A DNA stretch of 64,000 bases from Eledone cirrhosa. Taxonomy: Eukaryota. The DNA lies in assembly GCA_964016885.1 (NCBI GenBank), contig OZ024742.1, positions 237,336,001 to 237,400,000 on the forward strand, in the 5' to 3' direction. Both the position numbers and the translations under genes were made by a program. The notes under the pieces were generated by a model. It had not been told where the DNA came from, ran no database searches, and saw nothing but the letters and a program-made list of their open reading frames with translations. Of the stretch, positions 1-64,000 are shown one piece after another. Position 1 is the first letter of the stretch; every line of letters starts with the position of its first letter.

Positions 1-659
1 CCATCCAGTTCCACACTATAAACGTGGTTAGTGTTAGAAATGGCATCCAGCTGGAAAAATCCCAATCAAAATACAGTTCCCACTGAGCGGCCAGCTACCC
101 AGACTTGTCTCATGACATGAGTGACCTTTCTAACCCAAGCAAGCATACCTGCAACATACAATGTCACCTGACCTACCAACCCCTCTATTAGCACACCCTG
201 ACAGTTATTCTCAACGCACTATTTCACCCTGCCATACACACGCGCATTCCTTGCACCCCCACCCCCCACACTATTCCGTGAAGTGGTTGATAACAGAGGA
301 TGGACTTTCAGCCATGGAGAGCTTGCCAAGCAGCCAAACAAAGGGTCATGAGGACCCTTCAGCCATGTCAAGGACATGACAACCTTCATGGTGTTGGTGA
401 TTTACATGATAAATGCACCCAGTACACACTATGAAGGGGTTGGTGATAGGAAGGGCATCTAGCCATAGAAATCTTGCTAAACCAAAGATTCGGTGGTTCC
501 CCAGTTGTGTCAAAAGCATGACAACTTCTCCTGAGCACTCAATGGAATGTGAGACTGTACATAAGCGAGGCACAGATTGCTTGGGAGATCTGTGACTCCA
601 CTTCTGTATGGACTTGCTAGCAGGGAAAGTGGACATTAAAATGACAATGATGGTGATGA

Positions 660-1495
660 TGATATATATATATCTATATATCATCATCATCATCATTATC
701 ACCATTTTACGTCCATTTTCCACACGAGCATGGGTTAGATGAGTTGTCCTGTTGTGAGCAATGCTAGGTCAGCTGACCACGTTTTGCTCATACAGAACTG
801 ATTTTGGCTGGGTTTCTACAGCTGGATGCCCTTCCTAATGCCAACCTCATTTACAGTGAGTACTGGGTGCTTTTTGTCATCACGCCTACACGACCACTTT
901 ACAGTGTAAACTGCGTGCTTTTTGTCACGACACCTACACGACCAATTTATAGTGTGGGCTGAGTGCTTTTTGTCATGGCACCTACACATGCGAGGGTGGG
1001 GAGGGGTGGGAGCATACTGTATATATATATGTGCTTCAGCTATGGCGTATGTCCGTGGAAAATCGGGTCTTCTATATCACTGCGTAATGCCAGAGTTCTC
1101 GGTCCTATGTCATCACCTTTGAGAGATGCATCCCAAGTCTTTCTGAGTCTTGCAACCAAGGTTCCCATCGACTTTTAGTGCTCTGCACCTTTTTACACAG
1201 CATCATATACAGTCATCCTTCAAAGGCATCACATGTCCATACCAACACAGTCTCCTCTCTTGTACACAATATTTGATTCCTCTTATGCCTAGTTTCTCTC
1301 TTAGTTCGTTTATGCTTCTCTGTTCTCGTGTATTACTATTACACATCCATCGGAGCATGCAAGCTTCATTTCTTTCCAATCTACGCAAGTCTTCTGCAAA
1401 CAATACCCATGTCCCTCTACTATACAGTATTGCTGTTTGTAAGCATGCATCATAGAGTATACCTTTCATTTTGAGGGAAAAGCCTTTTGTAGCTC
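660..1495 (-). mobile_element. RTE LINE 3' fragment with 3'UTR and (GAT)n tail
   Basis: ORF 1203..1550 (LERNEACMLRWMC...ERRLCWYGHV) matches the C-terminus of the element at 40192..42306. Confidence 0.85.
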
Positions 1496-1559
1496 TCTGT
1501 GCACAATAAAATAGTGACTCAAAATGTGTTTGCTGTGTCTGTCGTATCATTGGAAATAC

Positions 1560-2390
1560 TTGATTGAATGATAGATGAAATCTGAGCTATCGATGTTAAA
1601 AACTGAAAAATCCTAAACACCACCAGAAATTTCCACATCAACAGTCATATCAACTGTCTCTACTTGAAATGTAAGCAGAGAGGTAGAGGCTAACATCAGT
1701 CCAGACAGCATTTGAGTGTTGCATCATATCCCTCTGACAACATTTACGAACTACCAAGCGTAGGAGCCCATCTATTGAGTAAGTCTGTCTACATGAGAGA
1801 GATAAGATCATGAAAGTTGGGAAGGAACTTGAGAATTACTCTCTGCATGATAATAAAAAAACTCACGCCCAGGGAAATTGCCCAGCAATACCACAGTGAA
1901 TCCATAGATGAAAAACCGCATGCTTATCAGCAAAAAATCATGCATGGATATGTTGTCAGGAGGCTCCAAAGTGAGAGTAATATAGAAAAGCAAGGTAGTC
2001 TATCTTGGACCAACAACTGCTATATTGGCTCTCTTTTTGATAGGAACACAGGCAAAACACTGAGATCTGACAACAAATGTAGACTCTGCAGAATTAACTT
2101 CGAATATATCACCTAAGTCATAAGTAGCTGTCCAAATATGTCATCATGGTACTATCTAACTTTGAGGCATGATGTAGTGGCCAAAACACTATATAATGCA
2201 ATCCATAGAAAAGATAAACATATTGGAAGATATATACATACATAAGAAAGAGTAATGGTGGAATGTTCCAGTCAAAACGCCAATAAAATGCAAGCATAAC
2301 AGATCAGATATAGTGATATAGGACAAGGAAAAGAAGGCATCTACAGTAGTGGAAGTCAGCTGCCCAGCAGATGCCAATATAATATTAAAG
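1560..2390 (+). mobile_element. R4/Dong-like non-LTR retrotransposon fragment (zinc knuckle and restriction-like endonuclease)
   Basis: Degenerate CRLC...VISSCP...LRHDVVAK and KHNRSDIVI..VVEVSCP. Confidence 0.7.
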
Positions 2391-3378
2391 ATTAGTCTTG
2401 TATCTATGTTAGAAACTGGCTCTCTCTCTATTGATAAACATTTATCAAATAATGAAACCAGAATAACATGCACTCATGCATGCATAAATACATACATGCA
2501 TACATACAGGCAGGCTGGCAGGCAGCCAGACAGACACATACCTAATTTCATATCTGCATCACCATCTTCTTGTTGTACAATATAAATGTTCAGATGATTG
2601 ATTTACAGAATAAATGCTGTATTTATATTCAATCACAATCTTTTACATTCTGAGTTCAAACCCTGCCAAGACTATCTTAATTTTTCACTCTTCTAGAATC
2701 AATCATATAAGGTACTAGTTAAATACTGGAGCTGATATAATTGTCGATGACAAGGCAGAGCTGAAAAGGCACTTGAGTTTTTCTAAGGACATGGCAACCT
2801 CTTTAGTGCTGGTGCTATGATAAAATTCTCCTAGTACACTCTCTAAAATAATTGGTGTCAGGAAAGACATCCAATCATAGGAATCATGCCAAAAATAGAA
2901 TATACGAGCAAGAGATGGGTGGGGGGAGGGGGTATCTAGGAGGGCAGTAACTATATATAAGAACTGACTTGAAGTATGATGTTTCATCCAACCTACACCA
3001 GCAGGGAAAAGTGAATGTAAAATAATGATTATGTTGATGATGGTGATGATAATGGTGATATCTGGTGATGATGATGATGATATCTAGTGATGGTCATGAT
3101 AATGATATCTACTGATGTTAATGATGATGATGATGTTGATAGTAATGGTAACAATAATAATGCTGATCATGATGATGATACTGAGAATGAAGATGACAAT
3201 GACAACGACATTGATGATGAAGATGATGAATCTTTCAATTCTACCATTCTACATTCAAGATCAAGAAACAGTGATTAATGATATCTCACAAAGCTTCTAG
3301 AAAAATCAGTATGCCTAAAGTCTTTGAAATTCTTTCCATTGTTTTCTATGTTTCAATGTATAAATCATTATAAATTAC

Positions 3379-54937
<51,559 letters not shown>

Positions 54938-55441
54938 TGATGTTACTGAAAAATAAGAATCAATGTGGAGAGAATCAAGACAACATTGAATCTGGTTATC
55001 ATCATTGCTATAATAAAAGAGTTATGTGTTTAAACTTGTAGCTCTGTTTATTGATCACTAAGTCCATGTAATTTAATCCTTACATGTTCCAACCTGGATA
55101 GAACTGGATTAGCTAGTCAGTGGTTTATTGCATCTATATTCTCAATACAGAAGAAGCTGTGTTGTTAAGATTAACTGAATTACATTTTACTCTTTTACTT
55201 ATTCCAGCCCTTAGTTTGTGGCCATGTTGGAGCAGACTTTGTTGCTGCACTTTGTATAGCTGTCCTTCCTTTGTTGGCCATTGATGAATAAAGGAGTTTA
55301 AGATCACCAAACTCATACGTGTTTCTTGTTGTGCTCTAGGCTCATCTTTGATCTTAGATAGCAAAATATCTACATGCTTCTTTGAAAACCTCTATATTGC
55401 AGTATCTGGTCGGCATTTTGGTGCTAGCCCTTCCAGGATAT

Positions 55442-55472
<31 letters not shown>

Positions 55473-55479
55473 AATTGGA

Positions 55480-55870
55480 ACTGGTCGGACGTTGTATATT
55501 TAAGTAAGTAGGTGTAGTCGGATAAACGTCGAAACGGCTTGGTAGAATGCAGCGAAAATTTACACAGTTATGCAGAATGACCCGAAGAGGCGTTGGGTCG
55601 ACTTTTAGGGTACAAGCTTCCATGGTTACGGAGAAAATCGATGAAACAGGAATTTCCCATTCAAATTGAACTGAGAGTAATCTGTGAACACAGAAGTCAA
55701 TATTTCGAGAAATGTTTCAACCGAACGAAAACAGGAAGACGATATTTTGGTTCGTGAAGACGTTCCCTGGCAATGAACGGGAAAAAAAGCGAGGATAATA
55801 CGTCGTTATGTGGAGCGAGAAGAACAATTTCATGCAAAGACAAGACCAAGTTTATGGTATAAATGGAGTC
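55480..55870. promoter_or_regulatory. Putative STK36 promoter: CpG-enriched, non-repetitive island with two X-box-like motifs
   Basis: Many CpGs relative to the flanks, about 0.6-0.9 kb upstream of the first coding exon. GCTTCCATGGTTAC at 55616-55629 and GTTCCCTGGCAAT at 55762-55774. Confidence 0.45.
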
Positions 55871-56099
55871 GTTAGACTAATATTCTATTTAAAATAACAG
55901 AATGATTTCCAGCCCCGGAGTTTAAGAATGATGTAAATAAAATTGAAAACGAAAATGACAGGTTATTAAAATAGTAAAAGTAAATAGTGAAGATTTAGGC
56001 CAGTACATACGTATGCCCCGACGGACATACACATACATACGCACACACAAATAGATACCCCCCCCCCCCCCCACACACACACACGAGTGCGCGCGTGTA

Positions 56100-56532
56100 T
56101 AAACCTTATGCATTTCTACAGTATTTTCACCAAACTTAAGACATAGGTTACTTATGTACTCCGGATGGTCACTGGCACTTTCATTTTTACAGATATTGAT
56201 TATAGGGCCTCCCGGCAGATAACCCCCTTTAACCACTTCCTTGGAGTCGACTGAAGAACTGCAGTGCAATGCAACAAAACGTCATAACTTCTGGAGTTCG
56301 CAACCGATTTTCACAAAACTTGACACATGGGCTACGTTTGTCCTACAGATGAATGTGAACTCTCAGAATTGGCACATATTGAGTAGGGGACCTCTGGGGG
56401 CAGTAACCCTCTTTTGGAAAAAGACGATGATTTTGTAAAAGTATAGTTTTCGAAGTAGCACTGAAGTATTGACATAAATGGTATACACAACTGCTATTTA
56501 ATACCCGAACAACGCCGGGTACCTCTGCTAGT
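56100..56532 (+). mobile_element. Helitron-like 3' terminus
   Basis: Subterminal hairpin acccgaacaacgccgggt followed by ctgCTAG and then T. Confidence 0.6.
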
Positions 56533-56984
56533 ATATATATATATATTCGTAGGAAAATGGAAAAACTCAGCATAAGGAAGCTGTTAAAACTGGCAAAATG
56601 GCATTGGGTAAAACATTACCTCGAAGGATAGAAATCAATGGCTAGAAGTGACCTGGCTCAAAGAATTGATAGAAAGGAAGGAATAGAATGGATGAGAGGA
56701 GATCACAAACATTTAAATACACTCATCAGCTTTCAGACCACCTGCAGTTTCAACGATTTCACTGAAAGGACTGCAAAGGATAGACGGCTCATAACAACGG
56801 AAAAACAAACATCTCCATTGGTATAACGTTTGTGTTGGGACAGGGCAGAGAGAGAGAGGAAAATAAAGTGTGTCCACTCGACTTCATGTTGTCGCAAGAA
56901 AGGAAGAATAATGGCACTGTAAGCAGAAGTAGCCTGTAGAAGGGAGAGGGAAAGAAAGAAAGGAAGCAGTTCCCTCTCACTGAA

Positions 56985-57975
56985 GCATGGCATAGAATCA
57001 AAAGGTCTTAAAGTTAACTTGTCAAACCCTAAAGTTCTAGTATGTAGAAAGGAAAATAAGGCCCAGATTTCCTCTAGGAAATGACCTTGCTCAGACAGAG
57101 AAAATGCAAGCTATGGTTACAAAAAAGATATAGTGGGATCAAAGGCAGGCTATCAAAGAACGTAGGTTTTATATGCAGCTGATGCACAGGTACAGTAAGT
57201 AGCAAGTGCCCACAGTATACTAGCTCCTTCAAATGCCTTGATGGTTCTATAGAAATAGTTGACAGTTTCCGTTACCTGGGTGATGAAATAAGCAGTGGCG
57301 GAGGGTGTTCCAAAAGTAAAGTAGCCCAAGTAAGAACAGGATGGAGAAAGTTCAGGGAGCCACTATGTTAGCTACAAAATGTGGTCCCTTAAAATAAAGG
57401 GCAGATTGTACAAGGCTTGTACAAACAGTAATGTTACATGGTAGTGAGACCTAGGCAATGTGTGCAGAGGACCTGTGAAGATTGGAAAGATATGAAGCAT
57501 GCATGCACCGATGGATGTATAATAATGTACACGAATGGCAAAGCTTAAATGAACTGAGAGAGAAATTGGGTATAAGAGGTATCAGATACCATATACTAGA
57601 GAGGAGATTGCATTGGTATGGTCATGTGATGCGTACAAAGGATGACAGTTGTATAAAAAGGTGCAGGGTGATCAAAGTTGATGGAAGCTATGGAGTAGGA
57701 AGACCCAGGAATACCTGGGATTAGGTGATAAAAGCTGACCTTGCATAATTGCCCCCTCACAGGCGATGACACAGGATCGAGATCTTTGGCGTTATGCACT
57801 AATATAGTTATGTTTGTATCAAAAGAAAAACACCCATCCCACACTGTAAAGTGGTTGTGTAGGTGTGTCACAACAAAAGCATCCAGCCCATACTGTAAAG
57901 TGGATATGTAGGAGTCACGACAAAAAGCAGCCAGCACACACTGTAAATGTGGTTGGCATTAAGAAGGGCATCCAG
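56985..57975 (+). mobile_element. Degenerate RTE LINE 3' portion
   Basis: ORF 57482..57724 (LREKLGIRGIR...WYGHVMR...GRPRNTW) plus 3'UTR. Confidence 0.85.
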
Positions 57976-58178
57976 CCAGAAATAGTTCTATATGATTGCA
58001 AAGCCATGAGTGCCGTTGACTATGTAATTGCTAAGCCATGAGTGCCGTCTTAACTGGGGCGTGACGTTATAGCTATGTATCTATCTGCATTATGACATTA
58101 TGAAAACATTGACTTCACTATCTGTGTGTGTGTGTGTATATATGTATATACAGTGTGTGTATATATATATATAGTGAG

Positions 58179-58209
<31 letters not shown>

Positions 58210-59840
58210 TTAGTCGAACCAAAGAGGGCTCGATAAGGATAAATATATATCAAATATATAAGAACCCTAGAGCAAATATTGTTCTCATTGCTGACGTATT
58301 ATCTTCGCTTTTTTCCGTTCATTGCCAGGGAATGTCTTCACGAACCAAAGTATCATCTTCCTGTTTTCCTTCGGTTGCAACGTTTTTATGTTTTCATAAT
58401 GTCGTAATGCAGACAGCCAGATGTACAGACGGATATTATAAGGGTGCGACGTTATAGCTATGTATCTATCTAAAAAGACAGACTAAGAAAGAGAGAGATC
58501 GCTAACAGGCACCTAATGCGGTCCCTAGGGCATTGAAAATTTGAAATATTTTTTGCTCAAAACATTCACACGACCATAAGTATTATATGTGTAAAGTTTG
58601 AAAAAAATCGGTTGGGTGGTTCTCGAGTTTTAGGGAGACAGACAAACAGACATTCTCTGTTTTAGATATTTAGATATATATATACACACATATATGAATA
58701 TATACATATATATATATAAAGGAATGAAGTTTGTATGCTCCAATGGATGTGTAATAGTTACATATGTGAAAGGCAAAGCATAAATGTACTGAGAGAGAAA
58801 CTAGGCATAAGAAGAATCAGATGAAGGACGAGGTGATAAAAGCTGACCTTGCCAAATTGCACCTCACAAAGGCGATGACACAGGACAGATCTCTAGCGTT
58901 ACACTGTAATACAGAAGGCTCGACTTCCCACAGGTACAGGCTGAAGCTGAAGCATATGTATAATATGCACCACCCCATCTCACCCTACCCACTACCATAC
59001 ATCTCCCATGAGGACAAGTTGAAGTATACATCCAGTAAAGCCTCTAACCCACACTGTAAAGTGGTCGGGATAGCGACACGACAAAAAGTGTCCAGCCCAC
59101 AATGTAAATTGGTTCTGCATGAGCATGACATGGTTACCTGATTTGGTATTGTTTACAACAGGAAAACTCGTCTAACCCATGCCAGCGTGGAAAAATGGAC
59201 ATTAAGCAGTGATGATTATTAACAAGAATAAAGATTTTTTTGCCAATTTTTTTCAGATCATCAGTGAGAGGATTAATTAAACTATATGAACTTACACCTG
59301 GAATACAAATCTGGGACTGATGAAGTGCACATGGTTTTAAGAACAAATCACTATGTCCAAGTATTGTCCCGGTGACGTGAAAGGTATATTGATAGCTAGA
59401 AATAACAGCCCAAACCTTTCAAAAATATAAAGTTCTAAGAAAAAATATTTAGGAGTATTTTTATATGACTAACAAGAATAAAGATATCATATCTGGAAAA
59501 ATTTCAGACAAGTGCCATATCACCTGCAAGGGAAGCTCTAAGAAAGATTCTAAGGTATAAATCCGAGCATTTATTATAAAATTTAAAAAATCAATTGATA
59601 TATGCATAAATATATCAAACATCAAGAGGAGATAATTTGCAAAGGATATAAGAAAGTATAATTACAAAAGGTGGCATATTTAAATTTAACAAAAATATAA
59701 ATACCTGACATTCAATAATTATTTATATCCTCTTATACATATTCTATTATTGCTTAAGAATATGTTTCATCAAATAAATGGCGAAGTTCAATAGCCAATA
59801 TTTTTGGATCATCAGCGAGAGGAAAAATCAAACACACACG

Positions 59841-59876
<36 letters not shown>

Positions 59877-59880
<4 letters not shown>

Positions 59881-60750
59881 CAAAATTTGTTTTCGTTCTT
59901 AACGTGGTGGATACCTAAGTGTATTCATGAGTGAATAACAATAATATAACTGTTTCTACTTTTGGCACAAGGCCAGTAATTACACAATACATTACTGGTA
60001 CTTTATTTTATCCGTAAGGATGAAAGGCAAAGTTAACCTCGGTGGAATTTGAACTCAGCTGGTAACTATGCTGGAAAGCATGTCCGGCCCTCTACTGATA
60101 CTGCCAAATAATATCATTTTATCAATATTCAGTTTGTTTACAAGTAAACAGCCTCATAAAACACCACGTGGTAGATGAACAACTACATCCTTTTGTTCCA
60201 GCGATAGCTGAGAGAAAGCAATCGATAATTGTTTCAGAGTATTTTGCTCCTTGTCAAGATTGTGTATTCACCTGTCTGCCACTTTAATGGAACTGCTGAG
60301 GATACATAGTATTCTCAAATGTATACATTGGCTGATTAGCCTCATTTGCATACCGAGCAATTTTATGGCTGGCTTTGCCGAAAACTAAAAACAAAATTTG
60401 CTGTTGCACTTAACATGGTGGAACTGCTGAGAATACATAGTATTCTCAAATGTATACATCGGTTGATTAGGATGAAGTTGTTCATCTACCGTGTGGTGTT
60501 TTATGAGGCAGTATACTTGTTTGGCAGTATTGGTAGAGCATCAGACACCATGCTTTGCAGCATAGAGTTACGGCCCTTTATGTTCTGAGTTCAAATCCCG
60601 CCAAGGTTAACTTTGGCTTTCATCCTTACAGGATCAATAAAATACAGCACCAGTAATGCACTGGGATAACTGTTGGCCTTATGCCAAAAGTAGAATCATG
60701 AATACACTTCAGTATCCACCATGTTAAGAATGAAAATAAATTTTGTTTTA
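59877..60750. mobile_element. Second foldback element with a SINE in each arm
   Basis: Outer arms 59877-59932 / 60696-60750, inner arms 60140-60192 / 60467-60520. The interior shares sequence with 47830-47890. Confidence 0.65.
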
Positions 60751-61270
60751 GCAAAATAGCCAGCAAAATATACAACAATAATTCTAACTAAAGAAACAAC
60801 AACAACAACAACAACAATCATAACACCGACCAGCTAATATATGATCTGTTTTTAAAAATAGGTTATTTTGTTGACAAACATATAAAATTTATATTTGTGT
60901 GACTGCACTAAACTTTGGTTGGGAGGGTTAAAAGATTTTGGGTGGCATGAATTGCTGGTAGCGTTTGCAATTAAGCCAGCTAAGTCTTCTGACCGCCTAA
61001 CCACAAAAAGGGTGAAGACCATGCAAACACGCACACACACCTCAATAAATCAAAATGTTTAACACATTCTATCTTTCCTTGACAATTCTTCAACTTGTTC
61101 TAATTCTTCTGGCATCAATACAATACATTTTTTCTTACCCATCTCCACATAAGTAATGTAACACACAGACACACACAGACACACACACACATACAAACGT
61201 ACATACACTTGCATGGTCACACACACAACCACTCCTTGAAATTATATACAAAAATATATGTATAAAAATA

Positions 61271-62535
61271 TATAATTTAAAATTCAGTAAGACCAAGGAT
61301 TAATATTATTGTTGTTTATTCATCTATGAATGTTTCAATACAGCCAGAATTATTCACCAATTGTGGAGAAAAACCAAACATTTTCAGTTAATTAACGGTA
61401 TCAATAATATTTCAAATGCTCAAAATGTACAGAGAATATTTTAGAATGTTTCTTTTAAATCCCGATTAGGATAGAATAGGTAAATATCTATAGATACTTT
61501 CTAGGAATTGTTTTTATTACAATAATTGTTTCTACTTTAGGCACAAGGCCAGCAATTACCCAGTACATTACTGGTACTTTATTTTATCGACCCAGTAAGG
61601 ATGAAAGGCAAAGTCAACCTCGGCGGGATTTGAACTCAGATCGTAAAGGGACGTAACTATGCTGGAAAGCATGGCGGCCGACCCTCTACCGATACCGCCA
61701 ATCCACCGTACAATAATAATTCATTTGTAGTTTGAGAATCTAAAATATGTAATATTATAAATATTATATCTTTTAGATATTTACGATATAATAATATCTA
61801 TATGCGCTGTCTGTGATGTATATATCATCATTATTTTACGTCCACTTTTCCCTGCTTGCAAGGGTGGGATGGGTCTTCTTCAGCACAGCATCTCTCCATT
61901 TGTCATGGTCCTTTGTCATCTCCTCTGTAAACTTCAGCGATCTGAGGTCTTCCTTCCACTGGGATTTCTTGGCACTTCTTCACCTAGCGGTCATCATCCA
62001 AGCGGATCATATGGTCATACCAACACAGTCTTCTCTCCTGCACAATATATTTTTATTACAGTAATTATTCTTTTATAATTTGAGAATCTAAAGTATGAAT
62101 TATACTATAAACATTAGTATATCTTATGGATATTTACAATATAAAGATGGAAAATAAGCATTGAAATGTTATTTCACAACAATGCTTAATATACCCAATT
62201 GACAACTACAATGTGTTTTTACATATGTATGAATAACAAACATAACCTTTTATTTTACATGTCCAGTAACTACGTTCACAAGCACATGCTCTTGCTTTCT
62301 ACTTATGTACTATGAATCTTATGTAATTCTTGTTTTGCTTTTTGATATTAAACCAATTATTGTTTTTTGTATTTCCTGAAGAGATATGTCTTGGAGTAAA
62401 GCACCTATGGAGTTAATTAACTGAGAATGTTTGGTTTTTCTCCACAATTGGTGAATATTTCTGGCTGTATTGAAACATTCATAGATGAATAAACAATAAT
62501 ATTAATCCTTGGTCTTACTGAATTTTGAATTATAA
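61271..62535. repeat. Inverted repeat pair (about 125 bp: 61271-61397 and 62411-62535)
   Basis: aattcagtaagaccaaggattaatatt...cagttaattaac versus its reverse complement. Confidence 0.75.
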
Positions 62536-62689
62536 ATGTTCTGCTACTATAACTATTTGCTCCTGAAGAATGAAGGGTAAAAGACGGCATTGGGCTTAAC
62601 TTATTTTACCAATGAAAATATTGTTGTTGTTGTGGTGGTGGTCGTGGTGGTTGTTAATGTTGTTATTGTGGCTGTCACAATCACCTCGC

Positions 62690-63108
62690 TCACCCATTCT
62701 TCAAAAACAATGCAAGAATATTTGAAGAAGGAATTGCCCATGTTTGTCCCTAAAGATATTTGGCCATCTAGCTCACCAGATGTGAATCTGTGTGATTTTT
62801 GGCAATGTGGTGCAGTTGAAGCAATATCCAATGCAACTTCTCACAACTGTGTGTCTTCACTGAAGGTGTTGATCAAGTGAGTATTTGGTAAAATGAAAAA
62901 GGAAGAAATAGTTAAGGCATGAGAATCATTTTGTAAACAGATTGAACTGGTAAAGAAAGCAAATGGCAGTTACATTGAACTGAAATAAGTGCTAAACAGT
63001 ACACAATAAAGTGGCATAAACATAGAACTTGCAGTGTTTGATTTTTCAGAGTTATACCAATTATAATAAAGATATTCAAATGGTCCCAATTTATCTGTTG
63101 CACCCTAT
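62690..63108 (+). mobile_element. Tc1/mariner-superfamily transposase 3' remnant with right terminus
   Basis: KDIWPSSSPDVNLCDF (WPxxSPDLNPxD motif); terminus gcaccct-ata. Confidence 0.7.
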
Positions 63109-63831
63109 ATCATCATCATCATCGTTTAACGTCCATATTCCACGCTTGCATGAGTCTGGACGGGAGTTTTCCCACTTGAGGCAAGAGTGGTTGTCTTGCT
63201 CGCATAGGACTGTCTGGCGGGTTTTCTATGGCTGGATGCCCTTCCTAACGCCAACCACATTTACAGTGTGGAACTGGGAGGTTTTTACCGTGTTACCTAC
63301 ACGGCCACATTACAGCGTGGACTGTGTGTTTTTTTTGTCGTGACACCTACACGACCTCATTTATTTCGGGCTGGATGTTGTGACACCAACATAACTTTAC
63401 ATTGAAAGGGGTGGTGTGGATGGGGTGTGGGTAGTGGGACGGGGGTGTATTTTGTTAGAGGTGCCTACTGACTGTAGTAGGTTTCACTTTGTACTTAGGT
63501 AAGGCGGGTCTTCTCTATTACTGTGTAGCGCCAAAGATCTCGGTCCAGTGACATTGTCTTGGAGAGGTGTAAGTGTGTGAGGTCGGAATTTATCAAGTCG
63601 TCCCAGGTTTTTCTGGGTCTGCCTACTCCGTGGCTACCGTCTATTTTTATTGCCCTGCACTTTTTTATACAGCTGTCGTCTTTCATGCGCATCACGTGAC
63701 CATACCAACGTAGTCTTCTCTCGAGTAAACATCTGATCCCTCTTATTTCTAATTTCTCCCTTAGTACGTTTATGCTTTGCCGTTCACGTATATTACTATT
63801 ACACTATTACACATCCAGCGGAGCATGCAAG

Positions 63832-63833
<2 letters not shown>
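63109..63833 (-). mobile_element. 5'-truncated RTE LINE copy
   Basis: ORF 63495..63695 is nearly identical to the RTE C-terminus; 3'UTR and (GAT)n tail present. Confidence 0.9.
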
Positions 63834-63871
<38 letters not shown>

Positions 63872-64000
63872 TCATCATTGTTTAACATCTATCTTCCAAG
63901 CTAGCATGGGTTTATAATAACATTAATAAAGATGCTGATGTTACATACATCATTTCTCCCATGCAATCAAGATGTAATTCATGCATTTGTTGTTGTTATG

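Noticed and set aside
2531-2600. Possible additional STK36 exon with a gtatgt donor
   Set aside because: No clear acceptor and no recognisable similarity to STK36.
3020-3300. Asp/Met-rich ORFs
   Set aside because: Translation of a degenerate (GAT)n microsatellite.
59245-59825. Minus-strand CTGATGA boxes near 59260 and 59810, and a possible plus-strand exon at 59256-59383
   Set aside because: No convincing stems around the cores and no recognisable protein from the candidate exon.
62365-62490. CTGAAGA...GAAA possible hammerhead with a long stem II
   Set aside because: Stems I and III do not pair convincingly; at best a decayed copy.

Overview
AT-rich, repeat-dense animal genomic DNA. The repeat content (RTE LINEs with (GAT)n tails, tRNA-derived SINEs, Penelope-like elements) suggests a coleoid cephalopod such as Octopus; this is an inference. 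About 55 kb is occupied by the 5' half of one minus-strand gene, the Fused-family kinase STK36. I reconstructed 11 phase-consistent coding exons from ATG 54937 down to 3379, and the gene continues beyond the left edge. The introns hold a near-intact RTE LINE, a frameshifted Neptune-type Penelope element, R4-, CRE- and Tx1-like fragments, SINEs, MITEs and a 5'-truncated histone H4 retrocopy. The most notable layer is self-cleaving RNA. (1) A 13-copy, 317-bp retrozyme-like tandem array carries a type I hammerhead with a U3-A8 core variant; a diverged sister family with the canonical core flanks the H4 retrocopy. (2) Several minimal Penelope-type hammerheads are scattered through the introns. (3) Two diverged elements contain all three hammerhead strands in a reversed, pseudoknotted order (cleavage strand, then GAAA, then CUGANGA) with compensatory stem changes. 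This matches none of the classic type I/II/III permutations. All RNA structures were folded by eye and are untested.
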